Notes under the pieces: generated by a model
Databases searched by the model: none
The model's input: only the letters and a program-made list of their open reading frames with translations
What the model was told of the DNA's origin: nothing
In this document: positions 25,479 to 39,079 of the stretch, piece by piece
How the letters are laid out: each line of letters opens with the position of its first letter
Numbering within the stretch: position 1 is the first letter of the stretch
Translations under genes and position numbers: made by a program
From: Octopus sinensis
Taxonomy: Eukaryota
Length of the DNA stretch: 64,000 bases
Reading direction: 5' to 3'
NCBI RefSeq assembly: GCF_006345805.1
Contig: NW_021833850.1
Coordinates: 8,210-72,209 of the forward strand

Positions 25479-25880
25479 TCTTTATATAAGAGTGAAGTTG
25501 TGTGGTGTCGTCTCCTACGATTTAGATTCCTAACTACTCCCACATTTTGCGGTGCAGTTTAACCAAAAGCGGGTATCTCTATCTATAGTCGTGATTCATA
25601 TCGAGCCCTTCGGGGTATTAGCGTGCGTCTACGATGAGTCTACGATTTAAAAAAAATTTACCATCATATTTTTCCATTTTAATACATTTTTTTCGCTTTT
25701 ATATAAGGGAAGTAACTCTCTAAAAATATCTACGATGTGTCAACGATTTAAAAAAAAAATTTACCTTAATTTGTTTTCAATTTTTAATGCATTGTTTTGC
25801 TATTTTTTGGCTATAACTCTCTAAAATGCTTATATAGTTATTTCCCTTGCAACCCGAGCAACGCCGGGCGATACTGCTAG
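25479..25880 (+). mobile_element. Complete non-autonomous Helitron (402 bp)
   Basis: A|TCTTTATATAAG start; cccgagcaacgccggg hairpin at 25853-25868; CTAG|T end; internal duplication of about 100 bp. Confidence 0.85.
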
Positions 25881-26132
25881 TTATATATATATATATACTT
25901 TATTTAAAAGCAGCAGAACTATAACAAAAGGGTTTCATGCTCCCTTTCGTCGGACAATATATATATGCAAACACACACATAACATGAAGATGGAAGATAT
26001 CACGTTTTAATAGTGGATCCCATAATATGTTTCTGCTCCGTAATCCAGCTTGAAGTTGCTGAGTTTATATTCATATACCATTATGCAAGATTATTCTTCA
26101 TAATTCCCATACCTTTAAATATATTATATATA

Positions 26133-26200
<68 letters not shown>

Positions 26201-26201
<1 letters not shown>

Positions 26202-26606
26202 CTCTTTACTCTTTTACTTGTTTCAGTCATTTGACTGCGGCCATACCGGAGCACCCGCCTTTAGTCGAGCAAATCGACCCCGGGACTTATTCTTTGTAAG
26301 CCCAGTATTTATTCTATCGGTCCCTTTTGCCGAACCGCTAAGTTACGGGGACGTAGACACACCAGCATCGGTTGTCAAGCAATGCTAGGGGGACAAACAC
26401 AGACACACAAACATATACACACACATATATATATACATATATACGACAGGCTTCTTTCAGTTTCCGTCTACCAAATCCACTCACAAGGCATTGGTCGGTC
26501 CGGGGCTATAGCAGAAGACACTTGCCCAAGATGCCACGCAGTGGGACTGAACCCGGAACCATGTGGTTGGTTAGCAAGCTTCTTACCACACAGCCACTCC
26601 TGCGCC
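26201..26606 (-). mobile_element. Full-length SINE B
   Basis: Reverse complement of the 12637 type; an older B tail follows at about 26612-26830. Confidence 0.9.
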
Positions 26607-26883
26607 TATATTGTTATTCTTTTACTTGTTTTAGTAATTTGACTGCGGCCATGCTGAACCACCACCTTAAAAGGTATTAGTGGAAGAAATCGACCCCAGG
26701 ACTTCTTCTTTGTAAGCCTAATACTCATTCTAATCGGTTTCTTTAACCGAACCACTAAATTATGGAGAAATAAACACACTAAGCATCGTTGTTCAAGCCA
26801 TGGCGGGGAGACAACCCACACACACACATAAATATATAATACATACATACATACATACAACATACATACATACATACATACAT

Positions 26884-26925
<42 letters not shown>

Positions 26926-26944
26926 TAATAATAATAATAATAAT

Positions 26945-27130
26945 ATTTAGGGAATAAATCCAAACTTACAGGGAAAAAATTAGATTTAGGATTAATCCAA
27001 CTTTATAGTATAAATATATTATATTATATTATATAAATTAGAGATAAAACCACTATTAGGCAATTCAAACAGTGAAAAACATAAGCCAATACATAAAATT
27101 ATTAAAAAATATAAAAGTTAAAATAAAAAA
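26945..27130. mobile_element. Probable Penelope-like terminal repeat fragment
   Basis: gggaataaatccaaacttacagggaaaaaattag...gagataaaaccactattaggc after (TAA)n; recognised from memory only. Confidence 0.4.
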
Positions 27131-27321
27131 TTATTTAAATAATTTAAACTTATAAATTTTATATATATGTATGTATATTTTTATATTTATATATTATTTT
27201 GTTAATTCATTATTAATTAATTAATTTTTTTTTAAATATCAAAAGTATTAAAAGTTTAATAAAAGATAAAGAGTATATATATATATATATATAAATATAT
27301 AAAGAGTATATATATATATAT

Positions 27322-27755
27322 ATTGTACAAAGGAATTCCAACTCTGTTTTTTATGTTTTATTTATATTCTCTATAATATTAATGTAAAATATAGAATATA
27401 TAGTATATATAGTATATATAGAAAAATGAAATGAAGTATTGATTGTCTTATTGAATAGATGAAATTTTGAATATCAAATATTAAGGGACTAGTATAATTT
27501 CTTGCATTAAAGCAGCCTTCAAGGTCACTCCTGTCACAACCTGGGACCTTGAAGACTGCTTTAATGCAAGAAAGTATACTAGTCCCTCAATATTTTATAT
27601 TCAGTATTTCATCTATTCAATATGACAATCAATACTTCATTTCATTTTACTATATATATATATATTATTTATACTATATATTCTATATTCTACATTAATA
27701 TTATAAAGAATATAAATAAAACATAAAAAACAGACAGAGTTGGAATTCCTTTGAA
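27322..27755. repeat. Foldback, arms about 205 bp, 18-nt loop, hammerhead-like motif at the inner end of each arm
   Basis: Right arm 27543-27586 reads gggac CTTGAAGA ctgc tttaat gcaa GAA AGTATACT A gtccc. Confidence 0.88.
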
Positions 27756-27829
27756 TAATATATATCCCTCTATACACAATCATACAAACCCCTTTATATA
27801 TATATATATTATATATATCACACACATAC

Positions 27830-27945
27830 GATGGGCTTCTTTCAGTTTTCGCCTACCAAATCCACTCACAAGGCTTTGGTCGGCCCGAGGCTCTAGAAGA
27901 CACTTGCTCAAGGTGCTACGCAGTGGGGTTGAACCCAAAACGATG
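27830..27945 (-). mobile_element. SINE B head fragment
   Basis: gggcttctttcagttt...aaatccactcacaaggctttggtcggcccgagg. Confidence 0.75.
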
Positions 27946-28330
27946 TATTTGATTAGGGAGAGGGGGAAGCCAACGTCTTACCTCACAGTCATGCTTGCGC
28001 CTGTTATGTATTTTAACCAATTATTGTTGTTGTTATTGTTGATGGTCTGAAGCCAACATGGCGCTGTTCTTTATACTCCATGAACTTTGATATATTTTAG
28101 GATTCCTTTGAACAAGTTCCTTAGATTCACTGGCTAATTACAATCATCAAAGGCCAGAGAAAACCCCAATAGTAAGTCCCTAGTTTCTAGTTGATAAACA
28201 CACACTGCCTGTCTTCCTCCTCCCCGCCTTAATACCTTAGTACCAACATACACGCATATACACAGACATCCTCACACGCGCCTCAAATAGTCATACAGAT
28301 GCAACAAACGCAATTACAAACATACACATG

Positions 28331-28384
<54 letters not shown>

Positions 28385-29264
28385 CATACATATATATATA
28401 CGTACATACATACATACATACATACATACATACATACATACATACATACATACATACATACAATACATACATATACACACACATATAAACATATATACAC
28501 AACACACATTGACGAGAATCTATAGAGAGTACCAGAAGAGATTATGCAATTACTTATACAGATGTACGCCTCCTTCTCCAAACAAGTACTTTATATATAA
28601 TATATATACTTTATATATTTGTGTGTATATACACTCATCTATTCATACATTTACACATACTAATATATCCATACACACCTACACACACACACACACATAG
28701 ACATACACACTTACACCTGTCTACGCAGTTACGAAAACTCATTCACACATGAGCACCATATGTGCAAATGCGCATACACATGATGAAATACACACACATA
28801 CACACACACACACAGACACGTGCTTATATAAGTACTTACAAACGTATTCAAGCTTAACACCACACACACACACACCCACACGCACATAAACATGCAAGCA
28901 CGCGCACCTCTGCCCCCCCCCCCACACACCCTGCCCTCTCCAGCAACAGTTATATATGTGTATGCAAACTTGTGGAAATGCACACAAATATAGGACTGAC
29001 ACGCACATTTCCATAGGATGTCCGCATTCGTGTATACGCACAACCGTTCACGCATAAACATGCACACACACACGCACACACACATACACACACACATACA
29101 CAGAGTCTCTCTCTCACACACACACACACATCCGCTCTTATCCTTCCATCCATCCGTCCACACACACAAACATATATGTATAAATATATATATACAGATA
29201 TGTGTGTGTGTGAGTGAGTATGTATATATATAAATATATATGTATCTATCTACTATATACTATA

Positions 29265-29299
<35 letters not shown>

Positions 29300-29622
29300 C
29301 TATATATATGTTATTCTATGTGTATCTATATACTATATGAATATATATATATATGTTATAATATATTTACATATATCTGTATCTATGTATCTATATACTA
29401 TATGAATAATATGTATATATATATATACATACACACCCACACACACATTATATGTATCTATATATATATATATATGTATATATATACCATATATAAACCA
29501 TGTATATATATATATATACACGCATAAAATATATGCACTACATATGTGTGTGAGAGTGTGAGTGAGCATACGTACATACATACACAGATAGACACACACA
29601 CCCAAACCCACGCACGCACGGA

Positions 29623-29667
<45 letters not shown>

Positions 29668-29980
29668 ACACTCTAATACGCAGAACACCATCCACTTCTA
29701 AACACTTTGATGTCGTAAATACACCCAGAGATACTGTAACAACATGAGAATTTCAAAGCACAATATCTCGACACACTTGGGATTCGAACCTATCACAAAC
29801 TTACACTCTCCCTCTTTACCAACAAAAACCCCTCCACGAAACCTATCCTTCCCACTTCAAACTCCCCTTCCTTTTCATCATCCTACGCGTTTTAGTTGAT
29901 TGTGTGTTTTCTTTCTTTCTCTCTCTCTCACTCTTCTTCGTTATTTACCCTCTCCCTCCCCTCCTCCTCTTCCTCCCAGT

Positions 29981-30140
29981 CTTCTTCTTCTTCTTCTTCT
30001 TCTTCTTCTTCTTCTTCTTCTTCTTCTTCTTCTTCTTCTTCTTCTTCTTCTTCTTCTTCTTCTTCTTCTTCGGCGTCGTCGTTGACGTCATTGTCTCCGA
30101 CGACGCCACCATCATCAACATTACGACGAGCAACTCCTCT

Positions 30141-30173
<33 letters not shown>

Positions 30174-30620
30174 GTCATCGTCGTCGTCGTCGTCGTAGTT
30201 GTCGATGTCATCGTCTTCACGTCCATTTCCACTATCACCACCGTCACCACCACCATCGTCATCGTCGTCTCTTCATTGCCAAATCTCAAGGCAACCAGGA
30301 AATAGCAGTCAAACCTAACTCAAATCAGATTCTACAGTCTTAAAAAGAGAGAAGTTCCATGAGGGGAATCTAATACACGAGACGCTATTTCCGAATAAAA
30401 CAGGATGGCCACAACCGAACTGTCCTTGGTATTTGGTCTGTTTTATCGAGTCTACCTTGGCACTGAACCTACACGACTACCGTCACTAACATGGCCGCCA
30501 TTGCTGCCACCGCCGCCGTCCGCCATCGTCGTTGCTGCCATTATTACTACCGCCATCACTGTCACCACCACATACGCCGTCACCGTCGCAGCCACCTTCA
30601 CCACTGCCGCTGCCATACCA
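29981..30620. repeat. (TTC)n, (ATC)n, (GTC)n and degenerate (CAC/CGC)n trinucleotide tract
   Basis: Directly visible; explains the poly-S/L/F/K ORFs. Confidence 0.9.
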
Positions 30621-31013
30621 TCCTCCAATGCCCCGCTACCTCGTTACCAACTTCGCCCCTGCTACAGATTTTCATCCCTTTGCTGATCTTTTTAATCTAA
30701 AACACTAAATATAAGATGAAACCTATTCCAACTGAGATTTGAAAACCCGCAATTGTGCTTTCAAGCGAAGAGTCTTCAATTAAGGAGGTAAATTAGTGCA
30801 GAGCAAGGTAAAAATTAATGCAAAGATAATATAGATTAGTGTTTCTGAAGGTGGAGCCTGCGCTCCATCAGTGGGGGCGTGGCAATATCTTGGTGGGGCG
30901 TGGGTTAATGCAGATTGAGCATAAGTATCGAATGAAACTTGCATTAAAGTTTTAATCAGTCCCCATGGAATGTATGTATGTTTGTATTAGTGTGAGTGTG
31001 TGTATGTGTGTGC

Positions 31014-31052
<39 letters not shown>

Positions 31053-32584
31053 GAGTACGTTCATAGTAGGGCGCAGCGAAAGGTGGGACAAAGAAGGTTT
31101 GGAAACACTGGCTGTAAATAGTAGGGAGGACAGAACACTGTACAACCAAAAAGTGGATCGGCTATTCATATTCTATTTCCGGAAATGTATTTTGTCCGTA
31201 TTGAAACCACTGACCACCCAAAAGCTAGAAATGTCTGCCTGATTCCAAGAAAGTTATTGAAACTGACCCCAGTTAACATTTAGCTCTGGCCATTTCATCT
31301 ACTATTCAGACATACTGTATCTAGGACTATCTTATTTACTATGTCCTTCTAGAGATTTAGCTGCTATTTATGGGTCAGACTTTAAACTACATCTGGTACT
31401 GGGTCCTTGGTCAGCGGATTCCAGTGTTTTGAGGAGTGTGGAGCCTCCCCTTAGCCACTATTGTCCCATGGTCTATTCTGACTCGGAATAGTAGAGCCAG
31501 TCTACGTCTGCTCCGATAATCGGCGGTGACTTGGTTAGCGAATCCTCTTCGACAGTCGAGAACCGGCGACGTGATAACCTGGCTACGGATCACACTACCT
31601 GAAAGTGTGTACGCATGTGACCGGGAAAGGGGACACATATGAACTTTGTATTCCCATTGAAACTCCGAACATGAACTCTACATCTCAACAACGAATGATG
31701 ACCACGGCTGCGGCGTCCGCACTGTCCGACCCGCTTGCTCTCCCAGTGGGGCATTTGTCAAAATTACAAGCTGGATTTTTTGTGCCGCAGACAGAAACAG
31801 TATTTTGTCTACCGGAACGTTAGGGCCAACCGTCGGATGTGGACAGTATTCATGAAGAACGTGGTGAACTCGCTGGTTGGTGCCGGCTCGACACACCCCG
31901 GATAGCGAAAAAAAATTTCCCACGAGAGTTCCGGACCCCAGTTATGAACTCATTTGCATACAGCCAATCAGAGCTCAGCTATCAAACTAATTCATGAGCG
32001 CATAACAAGTGATGGGTGATAAGATAAGGTCACTAGGGTAAGGAATGATCATGCTTCTTTTCTCTTTTAAGAATGCTTCTTGATCATATTCTCGTTTCAA
32101 CCATGGCTGCCTCAGCGTAGTTATTTGTGTTGTTGTTTACTTTCTAAAACAGTAAGGGGAGTGGGTTGCTAGCACATCATTCTCTACCCATATTTTTCCC
32201 ATCCACATCTTTACCATATGGGGGCCCCTAACAAAACCCGATAATAGGTATAGATGCAAATCTCTCTAATTACTTGTCTCCTACAATCATGCATAACTCG
32301 TCTTAAGTTTATTTGGTAGAGTGTGTTTGTTAACTTGACAACAAGTTCAATGTGAACTCTGATTGGTTACTGGGGTCTAGAATTCTCGTGGGAAAAATGT
32401 TTGCCCCCCCTCCATGGGTAAATGCCTCCACAAGTAGAAGTCAGTATCTATAACAAATCAAGCGATCACGTTGAGCTCTTCCATTGTTTTGAGAAGCTCG
32501 TTTATACTACAGGGTGCTACATATATAGGTGCTATAGTTTGGCATAGTTTATCTAACTTCAAGCGTTAACCACAGCAAAATATA

Positions 32585-33400
32585 GATCACCCAGGTGTAA
32601 TTAGGAACTACACTGAGATCGACCCCCACCACCACGTAGCTGTTTAGTTGTTTATAAGTACTGCACAGACGTAAATGACACCTACGTCCAAGTAGGTACC
32701 ACAGTCACCTTCGGTCTACCTAGCTGTACGTAGATATCACAGTGAGGTACGTTTACCTAGCTATAGATAGGTAATTTAATGAAGTATTAGTCACCCAGCT
32801 GTAAATAGTACCACTGTGGGATACAGTATATCTTTCAAGTACCATAATGTGATATAGTTCAACTAGCTGTAAGTACGTATCACAGTGAGGTACCATGTAC
32901 CTAGTTGTAATTCACGCAAAGCAATGCAGTTAACTGACGTGAGCTGAAGCCACAGTGAGATGCAATTGACCTTAGCTGTTTGTAGGTACCACAGGGAAGT
33001 GTAATCCATCTAGATGCAAGTAAACACTATAACGCGGTACGGTCCACCTAGCTGAAAGTAGGTACTGAAGAGTATAATATACATCACTGATATAGGCAGA
33101 TACTATAATGATTTCAAAATTTGACACAAGGCCAGCAATTTCAGGAAGGGAGTAAGTCGGTTACATCGACCTCAGTGTTTCACTGGTACTTAATTTATCG
33201 ACCCTGAAAAGGTGAAAGGCAAAGTCAACCTCGGTGGAATTTGAACTCAGAACGTTAAGGTAGATGAAATGCCGCTAAACATTTTGCCCGACCTGTTAAC
33301 GATTCGACCAGCTCGCCACCCTGCAGGCAGATACTACTATGAGATGCATTCTATCTAGCTGTACGTAAGCACCATGGTGAAGTACAATCCATCTAAAACC
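32585..33400 (+). repeat. Degenerate minisatellite, unit about 38 bp, interrupted by a SINE
   Basis: Approximate consensus cacagtgaggtacggtccacctagctgtaagtaggtac; about ten or more recognisable units. Confidence 0.7.
33110..33322 (-). mobile_element. SINE A, short-tail
   Basis: Reverse complement of head and body. Confidence 0.85.
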
Positions 33401-33444
33401 TATATTGGTTCGATACTAATAACAGTTCACTTTAAAGTCAGTTG

Positions 33445-33880
33445 TTATTCTTTTTACTCTAGGTGCAAGGCCTGAAATTTCTGGGGAGGGAGCCAGTCGA
33501 TTAGATCGCCCCTAGTACGCAACTGGTACTTAATTTATCGACCCCGAATGGATGAAAGGCAAAGTCGATCTCGGCGGAATTTGAACTCAGAACGTAAAGA
33601 GACGAAATACTGCTAAGCTTTTCTCCCAGCGTGCTAACGTTTCTTATTTCTTAATTGCCCACAAGGGGCTAAACATAGAGGGGACAAACAAGGACAGACA
33701 AAGGGATTAAGTCGATTACATCGACCCCAGTGCGTAACTGGTACTTAATTTATCGACCCCGAAAGGATGAAAGGCAAAGTCGACCTCGGCGGAATTTGAA
33801 CTAAGAACGTGATAAGTCGGGAGAAATATTGCTAAGTATTTTGTCCTGCGTACCAATGATTCTTCCAGCCCGCCACCATC
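33445..33880 (-). mobile_element. Composite SINE A (old head, long-tail unit, short-tail unit)
   Basis: Junction aagaaataag|aaacgttagcacg near 33640. Confidence 0.85.
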
Positions 33881-34163
33881 ACCGCTTTAAATAATGAAAG
33901 AGCGAAAGAACACATTAAAATAAGTAGTCCTAAAAAAGACAGTTATCATTGATGGCCTTTGAGGACTGTTCAATGTTGAATGACCTAGGGTTAAACAGCA
34001 GCTACGAAAAGTAATGTTGATGCTAACAATATTGGGAGAAGTATTATTGATTGTGATGTTATTACTAACAGTTACTGTTGCTATTCTTTACAGCAGTAAT
34101 CATGCAGGTCTATGACCTAAGTCATTCAATTTGCAACCAACCCGTCTTACTCCCGAACTATAA

Positions 34164-35211
34164 CAGGGGTTCTCAACCATTTTATTATTATTTTTTTTAT
34201 CTCTGGACCCCTTTGACTACTATTTTATTCTAGTGGGCCCCATAGTCATTCGATATTCAAAAACTAGTTTTCATAGAAACTTCTTTCAATATTCCTGTTT
34301 TATTTTTCACACATTAACTTGTGTACGTTGAACTATTTAAAACGTTAGGGAAACAAACCTAGCTGTTTCTTGCATACATCGAAACTAAAATTTTTTCAGG
34401 GGCACTTAGAATAGTATTGTGTATCCCCAATTTACTATTTTGCTGCGATTCCACCGAACCCAGTATTTGAATGGTACTTTATTTTATCGATCCTGAAAGG
34501 ATAAAAGACAAGGTCGCCCTTGGTGAGATTTGAACTCAGAACGTAATAAATCAGAAGAAATACTGGAAAGTATTTTTTTACGACACTAACAAGTTTTTCT
34601 TTTGTTGCTTTAATTAATTCTTTCTAGGCTTGAAATCTGAGGGTGGGGAATTAGCCTATTATATCCGTTTCAACTCTAGGCACAAGGCTCGAAATTTGGG
34701 GAGGAGCGATTAGATCGCCCCCAGTACGCAACCGGTACTTAATTTATCGACCCCAAAAGGATGAAAGGCAAAATCGACCTCGGCGGAATTTGAACTCAGA
34801 ACGTAAAGACAAACGAAATACCTATTTCTTTATTGCCCACAAGGGGCTAAACATAGAGGGGACAAACAAGGACTGACAAAGGGGTTACGTCGATTACATC
34901 GACCCCAGTGCGTAACTGGTACTTAATTTATCGACCCCAAAAGGATGAAAGGCAAAGTCGACCACGGTGGAATTTGAACTCAGAACGTAGCGGCAGTCGC
35001 AAAACCTGTTTTATTTTCCACACATTAATTTGTGTAGGTTGGACTATGTAAAACGTTAGAGAAAGAAACCTAGCTGTTTCTTGCATAGATCGAAAGTAAC
35101 AATTTTTTCAGGGGCACTTAAAGTAGTATTGCGGATCCCCAATTTATTATTTTGTTGCGTGGACTTATATGGACTCTCAGTGGTCATATGTACACCGGTT
35201 GAAAACCACTG
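34164..35211. mobile_element. hAT-like MITE(s) with nested SINE A copies
   Basis: Ends CAGGGGTTCTCAACC / GGTTGAAAACCACTG; an internal segment of about 155 bp occurs twice; SINE A copies at about 34460-34600 and 34670-35000 (minus). Confidence 0.7.
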
Positions 35212-36184
35212 ATATATAGGATGTAAAAATATTCGATGTGTCATTCTTCCTTTAAGCAGTAGGGTGTGAATTGTGAGGTATTTGGATGCTAATTCTCGTA
35301 GATCGAGCGATAATGTAACGGTTTCCTCGTTGGCTCGGTGTTAGCAATAATAATAGTGTTGTTAAACTACTGTAGGTGGTAATGGAGTGAGTGGATAGAG
35401 GAGAGGTTTTCATGGTCGACAGCTGCCGTGATAGAGGAGATGCAGCAGCAGCAATCGCAACAGTAACAGCGGAAGTAGTAACAACAGCAGCAGCAGCAGC
35501 AATGATAGCATCAGCGGAAAAAGTGGTATTCTACAGCGGTGGTAATATTAGATGTTTGAAAAGTTGAAAGGTCTCTAGGGGAAAAAAATAGAGCGAAAGG
35601 GTCTTTTTATTCCCCATTCTTCTTCGCTCTCACCCTTTCTCTTTCTCCTTTTCTCTCTTCTCTACGAGACGTGTGAAGAACTTGTAAATAACATCTAATG
35701 GTTTAATGATGCTATCATCTTTTGATAGTGACTGCTTTTATGTCTAAACAGTGATATCATCTCGTCTTGTAAATACATACGGGGATACATACAGATACAT
35801 GCGTAGATAAATTGATACAAGCATGCGTACGGTCATGCATACAAACATACGTTCATACATATATACATGCATAAACACGTGTAAGTGTATGTGAGTCTGT
35901 GTTTGTGCGTGCGTGTGCGCGCGCGCGTGTGTGTGTGTGTGTGTATTTCCGTCGGTTTTGACGATGAGGACAAGCAAAATCAGTGTGATATAATGTGAAC
36001 AATATGGCAAGATGGTATTTTTTTGAATTACGGTTACAAACCATTCCAGCGACCGGTGAGAGTTGATTTTGAGGCTGTAGAAAATGACATTCTCCCAAAA
36101 AGTTGCATAGTAGAATCGAACTCTGTACCTCATGGTTGCGAAGCGAACTTCATAACCATTCAAGCATACTGCACACACACACAC

Positions 36185-36270
<86 letters not shown>

Positions 36271-36287
36271 TGATTGATTGATAGGTA

Positions 36288-36669
36288 ACTAGCACTCCGT
36301 CACTTATGATGACGTGGGTTCCAGTTCATTACATCAACGGAAAAGACTGCTCGTGAAGTTAACGTGCATGTGGCTGAGCACTCCACAGACATGCGTACCC
36401 TTAACGTAGTTCTCAAGGAGATTCAGCGTGACACAGAGTGTGACAAGGCTGGCTCTTTGAAATACAGGTACAATAGAAGTAGGAAGAAAGAGTGAGAGAA
36501 AGTTGTGGTGAAAGAGTACAGTAGGGTTTGCTATCACCCCTTGCCAGAGCCTCGTGGAGTTTTAAGGGTTTTCACTCGATAAACACTTACAACGCCCGGT
36601 CTGGGAATCGAAACCGCGATCCTATGACCGCGAGTCTGCTGCCCTAACCACTAGGCCATTTCGCCTCCA

Positions 36670-36670
<1 letters not shown>
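36288..36670 (-). mobile_element. Full-length SINE C (tRNA head, RTE-like tail)
   Basis: Minus strand gtggaggcgaaatggcctagtggttagggcagcagactcgcgg...gacggagtgc; same head as 22747. Confidence 0.88.
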
Positions 36671-36699
<29 letters not shown>

Positions 36700-36702
<3 letters not shown>

Positions 36703-36925
36703 GAGAGTTTGTATTGTGTGTGCTTGCGTATGTTCCTTATGCATTCCAAAACCGAGGTGCCGACTTTGACGTATGGGGTATCAAAGGATTCAGTACTATT
36801 TCGGCTACCAATTAAACTTTATTTTCATCGACATATTTGCATTACAAAAATTTTAAATTATAATCTTTTCCATAACTCAAATATCGTAAACATTATATAC
36901 GACGACAACGACACATTTTCTATAT
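36700..36925 (+). mobile_element. Helitron-like 5' module
   Basis: aagagagtttg...gttccttatgcattcc; inverted homologue at about 39080-39330. Confidence 0.55.
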
Positions 36926-37578
36926 GAGTGTGTACTTTAAAAGACATCCATCGTTACGACACACACCTTCACTCACTCACTCTATCTCTCTGTCTCTTTC
37001 TCCCTGTCTTTGTTTCTCTCTCTCGTACACATGCATACACACACACACACGTCGATTTCTTATACACGTACATACATCTTTCACTTTCTGCTCTCTCTCC
37101 CTTTTTCTCTTTCCTTTCAATTTCTGCTCTCTTCAAAGCATAAAGAAATAAATTTTTACGGAATGACCGAGAGAAACGTAGAATAAGAAAAAGAGAGAGA
37201 GAGACAAGAGAAAGAAACAGAGACAGAAAGCAAATTTCTATAGGAGAAGTTGAAAGACGGATAGCGGCTGAGAGACAGACGCTGATATTTCATACTCTAT
37301 GCATGTTCCATAATTGAAAGTGAAAAAAAGCCGGCACAAAGAGAGGGGGAAAGCGGGAGAGAAGGGGGACGCTGACAAACACAGAACCGAGGTTGTGTCG
37401 TACAAATTTTCAGGTCATTTTCACTTTCGTCCCATGTTTCACGCATGCGTAGAATTAGGCGTTATCTCTCTCTTTTAATTTCCGATTATAATGTACGGAG
37501 ACCTCTTGCTGTCAACAAGTCACAGCTTCCACTAATTAATTGGAATGAAGAAAGGTATGCAAAAATATCTTCCTTTGG

Positions 37579-37626
<48 letters not shown>

Positions 37627-39079
37627 TACAGCCCCCACCCCACCCCACCTTATTTCCTCAATTTACTCATATTCCTATGTTTTCCATGCAGGACATTTGC
37701 ATTTCGCCCCAAAGTATTTTTCCCACATTCGTAATCTCTATTTTTCCACATAGACAACCAACAAAATTCGAAAAACAGTTAAAAATTTGGAAACTTCGGT
37801 GGGGAGAGGGAAATTATAATTTTGAAAACGTGATTTCTGAGCAAAATCATATTAACCCCTTTGGTGGAACTGGAGAACACTGCCCCCACCCCAAACTGAC
37901 CTTCCCGATTTTTTTCCTTTTTTTTAACCGGATTCCTATGCTTTGATGACGTAGATTCCGAATATGCAAAATACCACGTTTTCAAATTTCTTAATTCCTC
38001 CCCTCACCTAAATTTTTTATTTTAACCTTTTTTTCGAATTTTTTTTTTTCAATCTACGTGGGAAAATACTGAGATTAAGAATATAAGGGAATAAAAAAGC
38101 AAATTCTAATTTCAAATTTTTTGTGAATAATTCCAAAATTGATTCACACCACCATCCCGCTGTCTAAAAGTGAAAACGAACGGCTGTTTTGTCCGTTTCC
38201 GTATGCGTAGATTTATAGTGAAAGAGCAAAAGGACTACGGCATGTGAAGGCCTCACCACGAAACTCAATATGCTAAAAATAACAGCTAAAAGTCCGGAGA
38301 ATTTTTGTGGTTGTGGGTACATTTACGGAAATGAACTTGCGCAATGTTACACCTCTGAATTTTTTTTTTAATTGTGATAAAGAATCAAAGGGTTTAGTCG
38401 TTACCGCCAAAATTAATTTCCCTTGCATTTTCTCTCTTTTTCAATATTCAATTAAAAGAGAGAATATGTTGTTACCAACAATAATAAACTTTAGTAACTT
38501 GATCGATCTGTCATTGAACCAGGATTTAAATTTCATTTGATACACACTTTGCCATAATTTATATGGAGAATTGCAAACGTGGCATATAAAGACAACTTCT
38601 TTTAGAAATTTTGTGAGTACATTTCCGTAAATATTTTGCTTGCGCACCCCCAACCCTGCACACATGCACATAAACGCATGCAGATACACATGGATTAAGT
38701 CCCATTTTGGATTACCTAAAAATATATTTGAAAAAAGTAAAACATGAACTTCGTGTGGAGAGGGAGAAAATTAAAATATTGAGAACGTGTTTTGTGAGTG
38801 AAATCCTAATGTCCTGTATCGCAAACATAGGAATTGGAAGAAGTTTAGGGGAAAATAAGGCGAGGGAGCGGAAATGTCACCTCGGACATGCTAGAAAGAA
38901 AAGGTAAAGGACGGGATTTCTGGGATATCTGTCCCTGTATGTGTGTCTGTGTCTTTAGATGTGTGTCTGTGTGTAAGTCAGTCGTCACAAAAATGAATGT
39001 CTACTGACAGATACAAAGACCGTCACACACATAATTGTCACTCATCGGCCTGACGTACATAACGAACGCGCAAACATAT

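Noticed and set aside
31640-31823. MNSTSQQRMMTT... as a GPCR-like or other first coding exon
   Set aside because: Stops after about 50 codons, with no convincing donor site and no recognisable motif.
31830-31850. ggatgtg as a 7SK 5' end
   Set aside because: No GATC stem, no closing cacatcc and no Pol III terminator.
32585-33400. Repeat array as CRISPR-like
   Set aside because: Units are contiguous and degenerate, with no unique spacers, no cas genes and a eukaryotic context.
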